A stretch of DNA of 64,000 nucleotides from the NCBI GenBank assembly GCA_043228905.1, contig JBHGNT010000012.1:6448001-6512000 (forward strand). Reading direction: 5' to 3'. A program made the translations under genes and the position numbers. This stretch comes from Azolla caroliniana. Lineage: Eukaryota; Plantae; Polypodiophyta. This document shows, piece after piece, positions 34,946 to 48,452 of the stretch (the stretch's first letter is position 1; the number at the start of each line of letters is the position of its first letter). The notes under the pieces are model-generated. The model had not been told where the DNA came from and made no database searches. It saw nothing but the letters and a program-made list of their open reading frames with translations.

Positions 34946-36883
34946 ATAGTCGAGTCTCCACTACTCGCCGACTCTTCATCTGTTTGGTCATTCCAACTCA
35001 GTCGCTCATTCAGCCCACTAGTTGGAATGAGATCAGACTCTCATCTAGAGTTCCGAATCCTTCTTCATCTTCTGCCTAGATCATTTTGGGCTCACTGGTC
35101 TCATCCTTCGGAATCGGGTTGGAGTTTGTAGAGAATATCATGATGCCGACTCATCGAATTTGACATCTCGGCTCACTCGAACTTGTTTTGTTCGGGGGTT
35201 ATAACACTTATAACCATTTTGCTCATGTGAGTAGCCGACGAGGACGCACTTCTTCGACTTCGGATCCAGCTTTCTCCGCTTCTCATCCGGCACATGCACA
35301 TATGCAATGATACCAAATATTTTATAGTGCCTTAAATTCGGCTTCCGTCCGAAATATAGCTCGTGTGCCGACACCTTATCCCCGATCCGGTTTTGGATAT
35401 AGATGGCCGTCCGGACCGCCTCGACCCAATAGAACTTGGGCATGCTCTTCTCTTCTAGCATTGCCCGTGCTGCCTCCACAATTGACCAGTTCTTCCTTTC
35501 GGCCACACCATTTTGTCCCGGTGTATATCGGTAGCTGAATTCCCTCCAAATTCCTTTATGTTGTAGATAACTGTTGAATTGGCTAGAACAATATTCTTTT
35601 CCGCCATCTGACCGCAGGCACTTGATCTTCCTCTACAAGACTTTGCAAGTTCCGGAAACAATCGAAATTTTCACTTTTCCTTTTGATTAGGGAGATCCTT
35701 GTGTGTTGATTGTAGTCGTGGATGAAGAAGACAAAATATCGGCTCCCGCCAAGACTAACGTTCTGTACCGGTCCCCATACATCCGAATGTATTAGATCGA
35801 GCTTGTTACGGCTCCGGTTTCTTTTGGTGGGGAATGGAAGCTGGTGTTGCTTCCCGAGCTGGCAGGATTCACAAATTTGGGCCTTCTGGCCACTGAATTT
35901 TGGCAATCCGAAAACAACCTGTTTTGATTGCAGGTCTTGAAGCCTCTGATAGTGGACATGGTTGATCCGCTTGTGCTACATGTCGATATCCGATTCAATC
36001 TTCCTTCCTTTTGCGAACAAAGTGGTGCTGACGTCGTTGGTGCCGAGGAAGAACATCCTCCTGTCCCAACGCCCTTGTGTGATGACTTGACCCTCTTCCT
36101 CGATGAAGCACCCGAGGTGCGTAAACCGCACTTGCATCCCCTGGTCGACGATTTGCCTGATCGACACCAAATTCTTTGTGATTGTCAAGACATGAAGCAC
36201 GTTCATAAGCTTCCCTTTTTGTCTAACAAGACTCAAGGGAACTTCTCCGACACGCATGATCGGGTGAGGAGTGTCGTCTCCGGTTTCGACAACTCTTGGT
36301 TGCTCTGACTTTTCCAAAAACGAGACCCACTCTTCATAGCTTGTCATGTGGTTTGATGCTACGGAGTCAACGTACCACATTTCCTCCGATCCGGAAAGTG
36401 GTCTTCTTCATTGAGTTCACCTTGTGCTTCATCACAAAGGTTGGCCCTTTTCTGATCTTACCGGTTCCGGATCCTTCCAATCCTTCTGTGTAGTGCAAGC
36501 TTTGCTGGTTCCCTTGTCCGGCCTTGCCGGATCCGGATTTATCCGAATCGGCACACTTCTTCCAACACTCGCTCTTTTGGTGGCCTTTCTTGTCACAATA
36601 CCAGCATTCCGTGTCGGCTTTCGATTGCCAGTTTCCGGCGCCGCCTTGACTCCCCCTACTTGTGGAGGGTTTGGAACTGCTGTCGGCACCATCTCCATGC
36701 CTCCGATTTTGCTCTTGCCGGCCGCCACTATTGCGTGCCGATCCACCTCGTCCATCACGCCCACAGGGCCGATTTGCCTCCTTGTATAGCATCCAACTGT
36801 TCGATTGAGTGGTCGTTGACCGACTCACGTGGTTTTCTTCAACCATCAGCATCGATTGCAGGTCGATGAAGGACGGTGGTTTC

Positions 36884-39800
36884 TGTTCCGAAGGCGCTAC
36901 GACTCTTTTGTGTGCACAATGGATCGTGATGTGTTGGATCGTTTAGTGCTCAAGATAGAAAGGGGAAGGGGAAGGGGAAGGAGACTTACCTTTGCACAGT
37001 CCAAAAAACTTCTTCTTCATTACATGCAGAGCTCAACTTGCTCTCGTATGTTTTCTGTTCTTACAACTCTCTGCACTACTCTCACTCTTCTACACTTCTA
37101 CTTTTCTACTTACTTTTTACCTAAGTTATAAGTGACTTATATATGCAGCCAATTAGCTGTCAGTAGCTAAATACCTGTGCATAGCTAAATAGTTGTTTTA
37201 CCTTTATGTCCATTAGTAGCTAATTAGCTAATAGCTACTATAACTTATTTCTGAATAACCATCACATAGCTTTGTTGAGCTTGCTTCTCAACACTCCCCC
37301 TCGAGCTCAACTTATCCTTTCTTGGGATCATCTTCAATCTTCTTTTCTTCATGCTTTTCAACTACCATGCCGATGGTTATAACTCCCATCATGTCTCTAA
37401 ACTGTGTATGTTTTTCCATGCTCAATCCCTTCGTAAGAATATCAGCCACTTGCTGATTTGTACTTACATATAGCAGATCCACTTCTCCATCAATCAATTT
37501 TTCTCTAACAAAGTGATAATGCACTTCGATGTGCTTTGTTCTTGCATGGAACACTGGGTTTTTTGCTAGTTGAATGTTGCTCATATTGTCACACCAAATT
37601 GTGACAACACCATCTATATATTCTCCCAAATCAGAAAGCAATCTTTTGATCCATACCTCTTCACATGTAGCTATTGCAGCTCCTCTATACTCGGCTTCAG
37701 TACTTGACAATGCAACAATAGCTTGTTTCTTGCTACTCCATGAAATGGCTGCACTTCCCAATGTAAACATATATCCACTTGTGGATCTTTTGTCAGTTTG
37801 GCTTCCAAACCAATCAGTATCTGTATATCCTTCCAACTTTATGTCCAAATCACCCCTGTAAAATAGTCCATAATTTTGAGTAGCTTTTACATACCTCAAA
37901 ATTCTTCTTATGTAGTCCAAATGTGGTTTCGTTGGTTGTTGCATAAACTGGCTAACTAATCCAACATCATAACTCAAATTAGGTCTTGTTATGGTCAAAT
38001 ATATGAGGCTGCCCACCATAGGCCTGTACATGTTTACATCATCTATTTTGGCTCCCAAAGCAGCCCTCAATTTGCAATTCTTATATAGTGGTATACCAAT
38101 AGGTTTGCATCCAAGCATACCATACTTCTTCAACATAGTTGTTGCATACTGTTTTTGCAACATATATATACCACTCTCAGATCTTATCATCTCAATGCCA
38201 AGAAAGTATCTTAGCTCTCCCAAATCCTTCATCTGAAATTGCATTTCCAGAATTTTCTTCAACTTACTTATCTCAACATATATCAAGATCAAAACAATGC
38301 AATCATTTATCTTTTTTACATAATGATGGATCAACTTTTGACATTTTGAAGAAATTTTTTTTCAGAGATTCTGAAAGTTCTTTATGCCATGCTCTCGGTG
38401 CCTGTTTCAATCCATAGAGAGCCTTTTTCAGCCTACATACATATTCTAGATGCTTCTTATCTTCAAAACCTAGTGGTTGACACATGTATACTTCCTCTTC
38501 CAAGTTACCATGTAAAAAAGCATTTTTTACATCCATATGGTGCAAAACCCATCTTTTGGCTACACTCACAGCAAGTAGTGTTCTCAAGGTTGCCATCTTT
38601 GCAACCGGTGCAAATGTTTCATCATAATCAATTCCTTGCATTTGGACATATCCCTTTGCCACAACTCTTGCTTTATGTCTACTAACATTTCCATTTGAAT
38701 CATGCTTTGTCTTGTAGACCCATTTGCAACCTACCACATTTTTTCCTTTCGGTAACTTTACCAAATCCCATTGTTGTCCGCCAGAATAGTAACCGACGGA
38801 CAAGTGCGCAATAATATAGAATAGAATAACATTGTAACACATGTAACGGTTCACGCGGGAAGCGTGAATGGCTAAAAGACCCTACGTATATAAAGGGAAA
38901 AAACCCTCTGATAGAGGTAGCGTGTAATTTTGAATGTAAAAGGCGTATCGTAATAGAGTTTTATATTCTCTGATATCTATGCATAGCTGTGGTTAATCTA
39001 CTGTGTGTTTGTAATCCTTAAGAGCGTAGGCGTGAGTAACGGTGTGTGCGCTAGTCCACTGTCTAAGGAGCTCGGTTGTAGCCGTCTCCCTTATATGCTG
39101 CTAGGTTATGGGAAGTATCCCACTAAGTATTACACACAGACGCTATCATTCGTTGTCACACAGTCACTTGGAGGTCTAGGTCGAAGGACTGACCATAGAC
39201 CGTGTTCCTAATCGGTAACACCCATGTTCTATTTTCAACCAATGCATCTATTTCTTCTTGCATTGCATTCCTCCAATTTGCTTTTGCTTTTGCTTCATCA
39301 AAGCTGTTTGGATCAGGGATTTGTACCACTTTAGACATGTATGCATAATGTATAGCCATATATGTGTCATAGCCAAATCTTTCAACAATCTTTTTCTCTC
39401 TATATGATCTTCTCAGTTTCTGATTTGCATCCTTCATTGCCCTTTCCATACCAGGGATTTTCAGGGATCCTATAACAAGATCATCATCCAATGATGTATC
39501 TTAATCTACATCTTCCATGTTTCTAGACCCATCATCAAGCATTTCATACTCTGGCATTTTTTGTTTTCCCTTTCTACATCATAATTTTTGTGTCTTGCAC
39601 TTTTTCCACTCCATGCATTTGATTTAGATTTACTACCTGAGCTTCCAGATGGTCCAGTACATTCCATTGATGTTGAACTTTGTTGTCCAACATTGCTTCC
39701 ATCTCTATGGTTATCTCTTACATTTTCAGATTTATCTCTGTCTTCATTTTCATTGTCTTCATCAATCTCTGCATTTTGTTTTGGACTGTACCACCTGCCC

Positions 39801-41360
39801 AACTCATCAAATATTACATCCCGACTTACCACAACCTTTTTTGTCAAAGGGTTATAGCATCTATACCCTTTTTGCTCCTCTAAATATTCAACAAAAATAC
39901 ATTTTTCAGCTTTTGGATCAAGCTTACTTCTCACTTCAGCAGGTACATGAACATAGGCAAGGCATCCAAACACTTTTAAGTGTCCTAAACTCAGCTTTTT
40001 GCCATAGAAACATTCTTCAGGAGTTACTTCATGTACTCTAGATGTTTTACATCTATTTAGGATATAGTTTGATGTGTTTATAGCTTCTGCCCAATAATAC
40101 AATGGCATATTTTTTTCTGTCATCATGGCTCTTGCTATGTTCACCAGAGTTTTGTTTTTTCTCTTAGCAACTCCATTTTGTTGTGGAGTATATCTACATG
40201 TAAATTGTCTCCTTATTCCTTGATTGCATAGAAAATCATCCATTTGATTTCTTTCTTCTACTACAAGCATTGAAACCAGATCTGGAAAACTTGGGATGCT
40301 ACCCCTTGTTAGAATAGATGTTTTGAAGCTTTTATATTGAGGTCCTAAACCTCTTAAGCATATTTCCACCTTATCATCATCTTCTACCTTCACATTGATA
40401 GAAGCAAGTGATTCACATATGCTCTTTATTTTCAGAGCATACTCATTCACTGACATCTTACCTTTTTCCAAGGTATTTAGCTCAGTCTTCAACTGGAGCT
40501 TTCTTGCCTTTGTATTCACTACAAACAGTTTTACCAAACTGTCCCAAGATTCTTTTGGAAGCATAACATCCTGTATGTGTCCAAGCATCGAATCTGAGAT
40601 GCTAAGTGAGAGCCAATGCAATACCTTTCTTGCCCTTGGATTCCATTCTTTAAATGCTTTAATCTATGCAGCAGAGGTCTCCTTCAATGTAATCCCAGTA
40701 TCCTTTTCCCATCAGGAAATTTTTCATTATGAATTTCCACGCCGGGAAATTGTTTTTATCTAGCTTTTCTGTGACTATTTGGCTTGCATTTTCAGCAGCC
40801 ACCTCTCTTTCAGTTAGGGCTTTTCATATGATTAACTTCACAGACAACTCTCTGATTCAGATCAACAAACAGAGAAACAACCTTTCTCAGATCTGTATTG
40901 TTCTAATCTTCTTTATGAGCAACTAAGCTCTGATACCATGTTACGAAGGCGCTACGGCTCTTCTGTGTGCACAACGGATCGTGATGTGCTGGATCGTTTA
41001 GTGCTCAAGACAGAAAGGGGAAGGGGAAGGAGACTTACCTTTGCACAATCCAAAAAACTTCTTCTTCATTACACGCAGAGCTCAACTTGCTCTCGTCTGT
41101 TTTCTGTTCTTACAACTCTGTGCACTACTCTCACTCTTCTACACTTCTACTTTTCTACTTACTTTTTACCTAAGTTATAAGTGACTTATATATGCAGCTA
41201 ATTAGCTGTCTGTAGTTAAATAGCTGTCAGTAGCTAAATAGTTGTGCATAACTAAATAGCTGTTTCACCTTTATGTCCACTAGCAGCTAATTAGCTAATA
41301 GCTACTATAGCTTATTTTTGAATAAGCATCACATATCTTTGTTGAGCTTGCTTCTCAATA
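36884..41360 (-). mobile_element. Ty1/copia element C nested in element B gag; internal deletion of protease and integrase N-terminus
   Basis: LTRs 36884-37293 and 40939-41360; TSD GTTTC/ATTTC; PBS TGGTATCAGAGC; PPT GAGGGGGAG; RT-RH at 37312-38770. Confidence 0.92.
38772..39220. mobile_element. Solo LTR (449 bp) in the RT of element C, 5-bp TSD CCCAT
   Basis: TGTT...AACA termini; removal restores ENRTWDLVKLP. Confidence 0.88.
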
Positions 41361-42402
41361 ATTTCTTCCAGGTGGAAGTTGCCGTCCGGATTGGCCCATA
41401 CCATTGTGCTAGACTACCGAGGCAGATCTAGACCATCTCATCCTCTTCCACCGTCACGTTGATGGAACCAAGCGCGTCGCAGATCTCCTTGATCTTGGTG
41501 GTGTAGTTGGTGACCGACATGTCCCATTGCCGGATATTGTTGAGCTCTTTCCAGAGCTGCAACTTCCGAGCCGTGGTACTTGCGGCGAAAATCCTACGAG
41601 AATTTCCCAGGCCTCCTTCTGTGTTTTTGCATCCTTGATGTAGCCGAGCATCTAGTCATGTACACAGGACGCGATGCATTACAATACTTTGCTCGCTCCT
41701 TGTTCCCATACCGGGAAGTCCTTGTGTGCCGAATCTGGTGCAACTACATTTGCTCCTTCCACGTAATTCCAGTATCTGTGCTTCAGCAGGTACTAGTGCA
41801 TTTTATACGACCAGGATGCATAAGTGCTCCGGTTGAGCTTTTCTGTTGGAAGCGAGCTCGCCATGCGTTTGCCCATATCTTCCTTCCGTTCGATCTGTGC
41901 TTTTCCGGAAGTTAGGGTTCGTCTTTGGAAATTGTTTGTCGGTAGTAAAGGTTCTCAACCCTCGCGCTTTGATACCATGTCAAAGTTAATATACTGAAGC
42001 TTTGACAAATAGGTTTATCTAGATAGCAACATAAAACAGAGACAAGGTTTAATGGAAGCTTGAATCACAGAGACAGAGAGCAGGAGAGACAGAGAGAGCA
42101 GAACAATAAAATCAATTTCAAAATAATAGCACTCTGTACATAGAATGTGCTCAAAGAGCACTTTTATACAAATCCTTTCACGGACTGACAGAAGTTCTAA
42201 CATGTACTTCAATGCATATACGAGCGACTGACACTGACTCCCAAAAATATGCCTACGTACTAGGCTATATTCGTAGGCCGCAAACGGCCTACTGGTTACA
42301 ATTTGATCCGGCTCCTGGTTCTTGATACCATCCATACACCGATCCAGCTCTAGCTTATTCAACCAATCCGAATCCGGTTGAGCTTGTCTGCTCAACAACG
42401 TA

Positions 42403-43050
42403 CCTCAAGGGATCTAGCGAAATTGCAAATGTAGTTTCCATAATGGAGGGTCCTCATCTCCAAGCCAAAGTGTCATCAATTTATTCCAGTTAACAAGTGC
42501 ACATGAAGCCTCACAAAACAAATAGAAGGCCAGTTCATTGTTATGTAGACCGAATCACCATGTAAGTATAAGGCAATATCATTAACAAATTCAACTTCTC
42601 TTAATTCTGCATTTGAGAATGGAACATGCAAGCCATGTAAACCAATGTCATTAGTAGTAAAAAAGGCAATCATTGACTAAGAAAAGAATAGAAATAGGAA
42701 AGGAGCCAAAGGGTAGCCTTGTTTAGCTGATTGTGAAATGGTAAAAAAGGATCTATAGTTTCCTACAAATAAAACCCAACTTTTGGTTGTGCAATATAAA
42801 GGAGGAAAATACCCGTAATCTAGCCAATTTATCTTGCAAGAATGTCTAATCAACATGGTCATAAGATTTCTCAAAATCAAGCATAACAATTGCCAACTTC
42901 TATTTTTGCTGAGAGAAACCAAACCTAGCCAATGTACCTTGGAAGAAGTCCCAATCAACATGGTCATAAGCTTTCTCAAAATCAAGCATAACAATTGCCA
43001 ACTTCTAGTTGGATTTAGCAGCTATAGTAGTTGATTCCCAAAATTTATAA
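42403..43050 (-). pseudogene. RT part of the old LINE (continuation of 25145-27198), with a local ~55-bp duplication of the LDFEKAYD motif
   Basis: QGYPLAPFLF and EFVNDIALY; duplicated block at ~42848 and ~42953. Confidence 0.8.
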
Positions 43051-43054
43051 ACAT

Positions 43055-43226
43055 TGTTGAAAATCAAACTCAACTTCCCATATAGATAGTGTTCACACTA
43101 GTCAATGGAGTTTTATAATTAGTAGAAAGGGCACTTGCCCTAGACTAGTTGGTATTTAAACCAACTCTTTGTAACTTAGTTATTGTTGGATGTAATATTT
43201 TTTTCCTTGAATACAACTTCTTGTTC

Positions 43227-43262
<36 letters not shown>

Positions 43263-43729
43263 CCTTACGTGCACTGACAGACACAGAGCTCGCTTCCATT
43301 GCACAACACCACCTATGTCCCTTCTTCTTTACATGGTATAGGTTCAAGCAATAGAGAAGAAATCGACATCATGAACACTGATATGGGAAGCGCTCTTCCT
43401 ACAGAGAAGCTCGATAGAAAAAAATTCACATCTTGGGAGTACAAGATGGATCAGTACCTTATCGGACAAGGTTACTGGAGCTATATAGAGGGAGCTCATG
43501 AAACGCAACCCAACCCAACACACGTTGACTACCCAACATGGGAGTAGGCCGCAAGCCGTGTGTTGTATTGCCTTGCATCATGCGTTCATGATCACATGCT
43601 CGGCTATATTCGAGAGTAAAAAACGCCGAAAGAAGCTTGGGGCAATCTCAAGAAGATTTCCACAGCCACCACAGCTGCACGTAACCTCCAACTCTGACAT
43701 GAGTTAAACAATATGCAACAGAGGGTCAT
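43055..43729 (+). mobile_element. Truncated copia element E (5' LTR 43055-43333, PBS remnant, gag N-terminus)
   Basis: TGTTG...TACA then TGGTAT; MGSALPTEKLDRKKFTSWEYKMDQYLIGQGYW is homologous to the gag of elements H and I. Confidence 0.75.
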
Positions 43730-46185
43730 TGTTATGTACACATAATGTGGGTGAGGGTAGGTCACTAATATTTACATAAGTAAAGGGTATGTTCACTAAT
43801 GTTAAAAATGGGACTAATGTGATTGGATAGAAGGAATGATAGGTGCATGCACTATCATGATTTGGACAACCAACGAATGGAGAGCCTTTTAGAAAGGCAC
43901 ATATATTCAAGGGACCTAGGAAAAGGTATAAATATGAGGCTTAACTACCCTCATAAGCACATTACGTCGGAAGGCTGTTGTCTTAGACATCGGTGGTGCG
44001 GGCTAGGATTTCGTCTCGACGATCATCTTATCCCTTCCAAGGTATTAGTCATCCTTATATCCGGCGGTATGGGACGTTAGTGGTAGGTTGGTTATGTCTA
44101 GATCATAGCTCGGGGGTGGTCGGGTTGAACGAGTTTTTCTATCTAATCTATTTTCCTTCTTTTTACTTTATTTTGGTTTATTGATTAGTAATAGATTCTT
44201 AACCGTGGTATCAGAGCATTTACTAACAATTTTTTTTTTTTGTTTTGATGTTTTTTGCATGTGAGCGATGGGGATCTAACAAGGCTTGTCATGCTCTTCA
44301 CAGGATCAAAACAACATTCTTAACCCGGTATTCGTCTTTCTCGATCTCTCTCTCCTTTTCTATGATGCGTTCTTCTTGGTCGAATCAAATTTACATTACG
44401 TTTTCTTTTCTTTCTTGCTTCTTTCTGTCATGCTACGATTTTAAGTATTATTGTGCACCGGGCTGAGCGGGTTTGCACCAATCACACACGCTTAACTCAT
44501 GACCCTTTTGCATATTGTGATGTATCTCCCACTCTCCCCTCTCTTGAGCCATCTCTTACAATAATAATTATTCTTGTGCATCAGGTCGAGCGTGTTTGCC
44601 CTAATCACACTTGCTCACCTCACGGCCCTTTTGCATATATGATGTTGAGTATGCCACCCTTCCCTTTATTGAGCCATCACTTGGCCGATTCTATGGGATG
44701 TTGTGGCCTTGACGAGGTGCATTTCAATTACCCTATGGTTTCTTACCTCATGCTTAATGTTTCATACACCTAATTGATTATTATTCTACCTATTTTCTAA
44801 TTACACAGTTATCTTCCCGCTTTCTTAAGATTTTCTTGTGATTGTAATCTACCCACTCACACTTCACTCTCTTCTTTCTACCCTTACGTTTCATGTTTAA
44901 AGTATTTACGTGCGTTTACCTAGGATGTAACGCTTCCATGTAAACTATTTTTTTGTATTGAGTGGGCATCATGCCGATTTTTTAGATGATTGATTGATGT
45001 TTTATTCATAGATTTGAGTACTACATCTTTGCGCACAACACCGCCACCACTTGTATCAACTTGTGGCTTATGTCACAATTGTGCAAATTACAACCACCAT
45101 ATTGGGATGGATATGTGCATACCTCACATCATCCATTTATTTGTGGTATTTTTGTTGAGTAGACAACGCATGGTTTTTGAACCTTGTTTTCGTCACTTCT
45201 TGACTCTTATAGGTAGTGACTTATTTTTCCCTTTCTTTCATAACATTTGCTTGCTACTCGCAAGACTAGAATATTACTTGCGAGTGCACTTGTTTTTGCA
45301 CGTAATACACTTTCTCGACCATATCAATACATGTTGAGTTGGCATTTTAATACAAGGTTAACTAGGAAATTAAATTGATGCTAGAACCATGGTTGAGCCT
45401 CGGGGAGCCGCCATGATTATTCAAGATAGAGATCCAAGAAAGACATATTTGCTATGTTTCCCCCCATGGTTTTTAAAACACCATAGTGTTACCATAGTTA
45501 TTGGATTTTGAATCACATCTCATATGTCTAGAGGGGTAAAGACGTGAGATGCTTTCTTGGATAAAGTTTTTCTAATCAAAATTTCAAGCATTCATTTCGC
45601 TTGTGTATTTTCTGAACCTCCTTATTTATATTGCGTACACACAACTTGCATCATGGAACAAGTTTTGAACACTATTGGAGCGATCTCTCAGACAAAGACC
45701 TCTCAACATCAATCTGCATCTCGCACACAAGTTGAGATCACTATTGAGCAATTGCTCACTACTACCTTGAATCAATTGGCCGAAATGAGGCAAGCCAATA
45801 TGGCTTTGGAAAAGAAATTCCAAGAATTGGCTATTGAGTCCAAGAAAGAAGGTGAACCTTCTTTCGTAGTCACGACATTCAAGGGAGATAAGAAAGAAAG
45901 AACCGAGGAGGCCATCAACCCTTGGCTTGGTCGTTAGGAGTCTCACTTTGAGCTCCATCCCAAGCCCGATGTTGTAAAAATTGGTTATGTCGGTCATGAG
46001 TTAGGTGGACGAGTTGCTGCTTGGTGGCACGGTCTAAGGACTGCAAAGAACTTACCCACAACTTGGGAAGGATTCATTGATGTTTTTAAAGAAACAATTC
46101 TTGTAGACACCTTCTCAAACCGAACAAGCACAAAACTTGCTCACGTTGTCGAGCAAGACATTTACCTCTCTCGAGGATTATGTGC
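43730..46185 (+). mobile_element. Truncated Ty3/gypsy element F (5' LTR ~43730-44205, PBS, ~1.4-kb leader, gag)
   Basis: TGGTATCAGAGC at 44206; gag FKGD..PWL..LGGRVAAWW..PTTWEGF (Retrotrans_gag-like) at 45650-46185. Confidence 0.7.
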
Positions 46186-48452
46186 ATCATGCTTGGACCC
46201 AAGTCCAAAAATTGGGACTTACGGGTGAGAAATGGTTTCTCTTGTTTTTTGAATGGTATTCCAAATGGGGATTACCATTGGATTGTCCATGACAAGGATC
46301 CTCAACACTCCCTCTCAAGCACATTAAGATCATAAAGACCAAGTTTTCTTCTAAACTTGAAAAACTTATCTTTTGGTAATGGCTTGGTGAAGATATCAGC
46401 AACCTGATCCTCTATTTTGATATATCTCAAATCAATGAGGCCTTCGACAATCTTTTCACGAACGAAATGATAATGAACCTCAATATGTTTTGTACGAGCA
46501 TGAAAAATAGGATTCTTTGCTAACAAAATTGCACTTATGTTATCACAATAGATAACTAATGGTCTTTGTATTTTGACTCCAAGATCCTTTAATAACATCT
46601 CTAACCATGTATCTTCACATGTAGCTTGGGTTGCAACTCTATACTCTGCTTCTGTGGTGCTCAATGCAACAATTGGTTGTTTCTTTGACAACCATGACAC
46701 AACTCCACTACCAAGTGAACAACAATATCCACTTGTACTTCTTCTTGTCTCTTTATCACTAGCCCAATCTGCGTCACAAAAGAAACTAGGAGACACCTTA
46801 TCATTAGAATACAAAAGACCATATTCTAATGTTCCTTTTATGTATCTTAGAATTCTTTTTACTATCACCATGTGCGCTTTCATAGGCTCTTGCATATATC
46901 TACTGACAATACCAACTGAAAATGCAATATTTGGTCTTGTTATTGTCAAGTAGATAAGCTTTCCAACTATTTGTTGATACATCTTGACATTTGTAAGAGC
47001 ATCATTTTTAGTAGCATCTAACGTCATTCTTTCTTGCATTGGTGTTTGCATTGGCTTACAAACATACATACTAAATTCTTTTAGGATATCAACCATATAC
47101 TTTTTCTGAGAAAGCATCCAACCATTAGTACATTTAATCACTTCAATGCCCAAGAAGTACTTAAGCTCTCCTAAATCCTTCATCTCAAACTCATTTGACA
47201 TATTATGTTTTATTTTTTGTACAAGTTCATCATTATCACTTGTTATAATTAGATCATCTACGTATAAAACAATAATGATTTTACCACTTGTACCATCATT
47301 CATAAAAACTGATGCGTCTGCACAACTTTGCTTGAAGTTCATACTTTTCAAGTAGTTTCCCAACCTTTCAAACCATATTCTTGGTGATTGTTTTAGTCTG
47401 TATAAGCCCCTCTTCAATTTGCACACATAATCAGGGTTAACATTATCCTTAAAACCATGTGGTTGTTCCATGAACACTTCTTCCTTCAAAATATCATTCA
47501 AAAAAGCATTTTTTACATCCATCTGATATAAATTCCATTTTAGAGATGTTGCTAAAGAGATAACAACCCTAATAGAGGCCATTTTAGCTACTAGTGAAAA
47601 TGTTTCCTCATAATCTAGACCATATGTTTGAGAATAACCTTTAGCCACTAATCTTGCTATACATCTATTCAAAGTACCATCAGAATTGAACTTAGACTTA
47701 TATACCCACTTACAACCAATTATCTTTTTATCTTCTTGTATAATGCATCAATTTCTTCCTCATAGCACACTTCCATTCTTTATTCTTATATGCATCTTCA
47801 AAACAATTAGGCTCAAAAAAATCATTAACTTTTGTCATAAACAGATAATGTTGTGCAATGCAACTATCATATGTTAACCTATGAACAAGATTTCTTATTC
47901 TACTAGATCTTCTTAATTGTGAAGTTGTCCCACAATTTATGTCAGCTTCTTCAATGTAATCATCTATTTTCTCATTCTCGGTATCAACATCATTTTCGTG
48001 ATCCATGCTACATAGCTTACTTGACAAAGGCATTTGCACATCACATTTTAATGTTTTCCTATTTTGCATTTCATCAAATTTTACACTCTTTGAGATGTAA
48101 AACATCTCATCATCTATATCAAAACATCTATATCCATTTTTTATGACATCAATACCTAGGAAAATACACTTTATAGCCTTTTCATCAAGCTTCTTCCTTA
48201 CTCGACTAGGAACATATACATAGCAAAAACATCCAAAAACTTTTAATGTATCAACTCGAGGCTTTTTATTATAAAACAATTCATAAGTAGTATTGTTACT
48301 AATTATGGCTGTTGGCATTCTATTTATCAAGGTCACTGCATAGTGACAAGCATCAACCCAAAACCTTTTTGACAAATTTACTTCAAATAGCATAGTTCTA
48401 GTTGTCTCTAGTATATGTCTATTTTTCCTTTCTACAACTCCATTCATTTGAG
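46186..48452 (-). mobile_element. Truncated copia element G (IN C-term, RT-RNase H ORF 46302-47672, PPT, partial 3' LTR)
   Basis: ARLVAKGYSQ, QMDVKNAFL, VLYVDDLII, CDADWAS, HIEVHYHFVRE; LTR end TCAACA at 46307 next to PPT GAGAGGGAG. Confidence 0.9.

Larger units (their letters stand above)
27199..42397 (-). mobile_element. Ty1/copia element B (degenerate) hosting three nested insertions
   Basis: LTRs 27199-27599 and 41978-42397; PBS TGGTATCAAAGC (41977-41966); PPT at 27600-27610. Gag 41900-41366 and 36880-36400, WYVDS protease, IN 35900-35140, RT/RH 29720-28230. TSD degraded (GGGTA/ACGTA). Confidence 0.9.
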
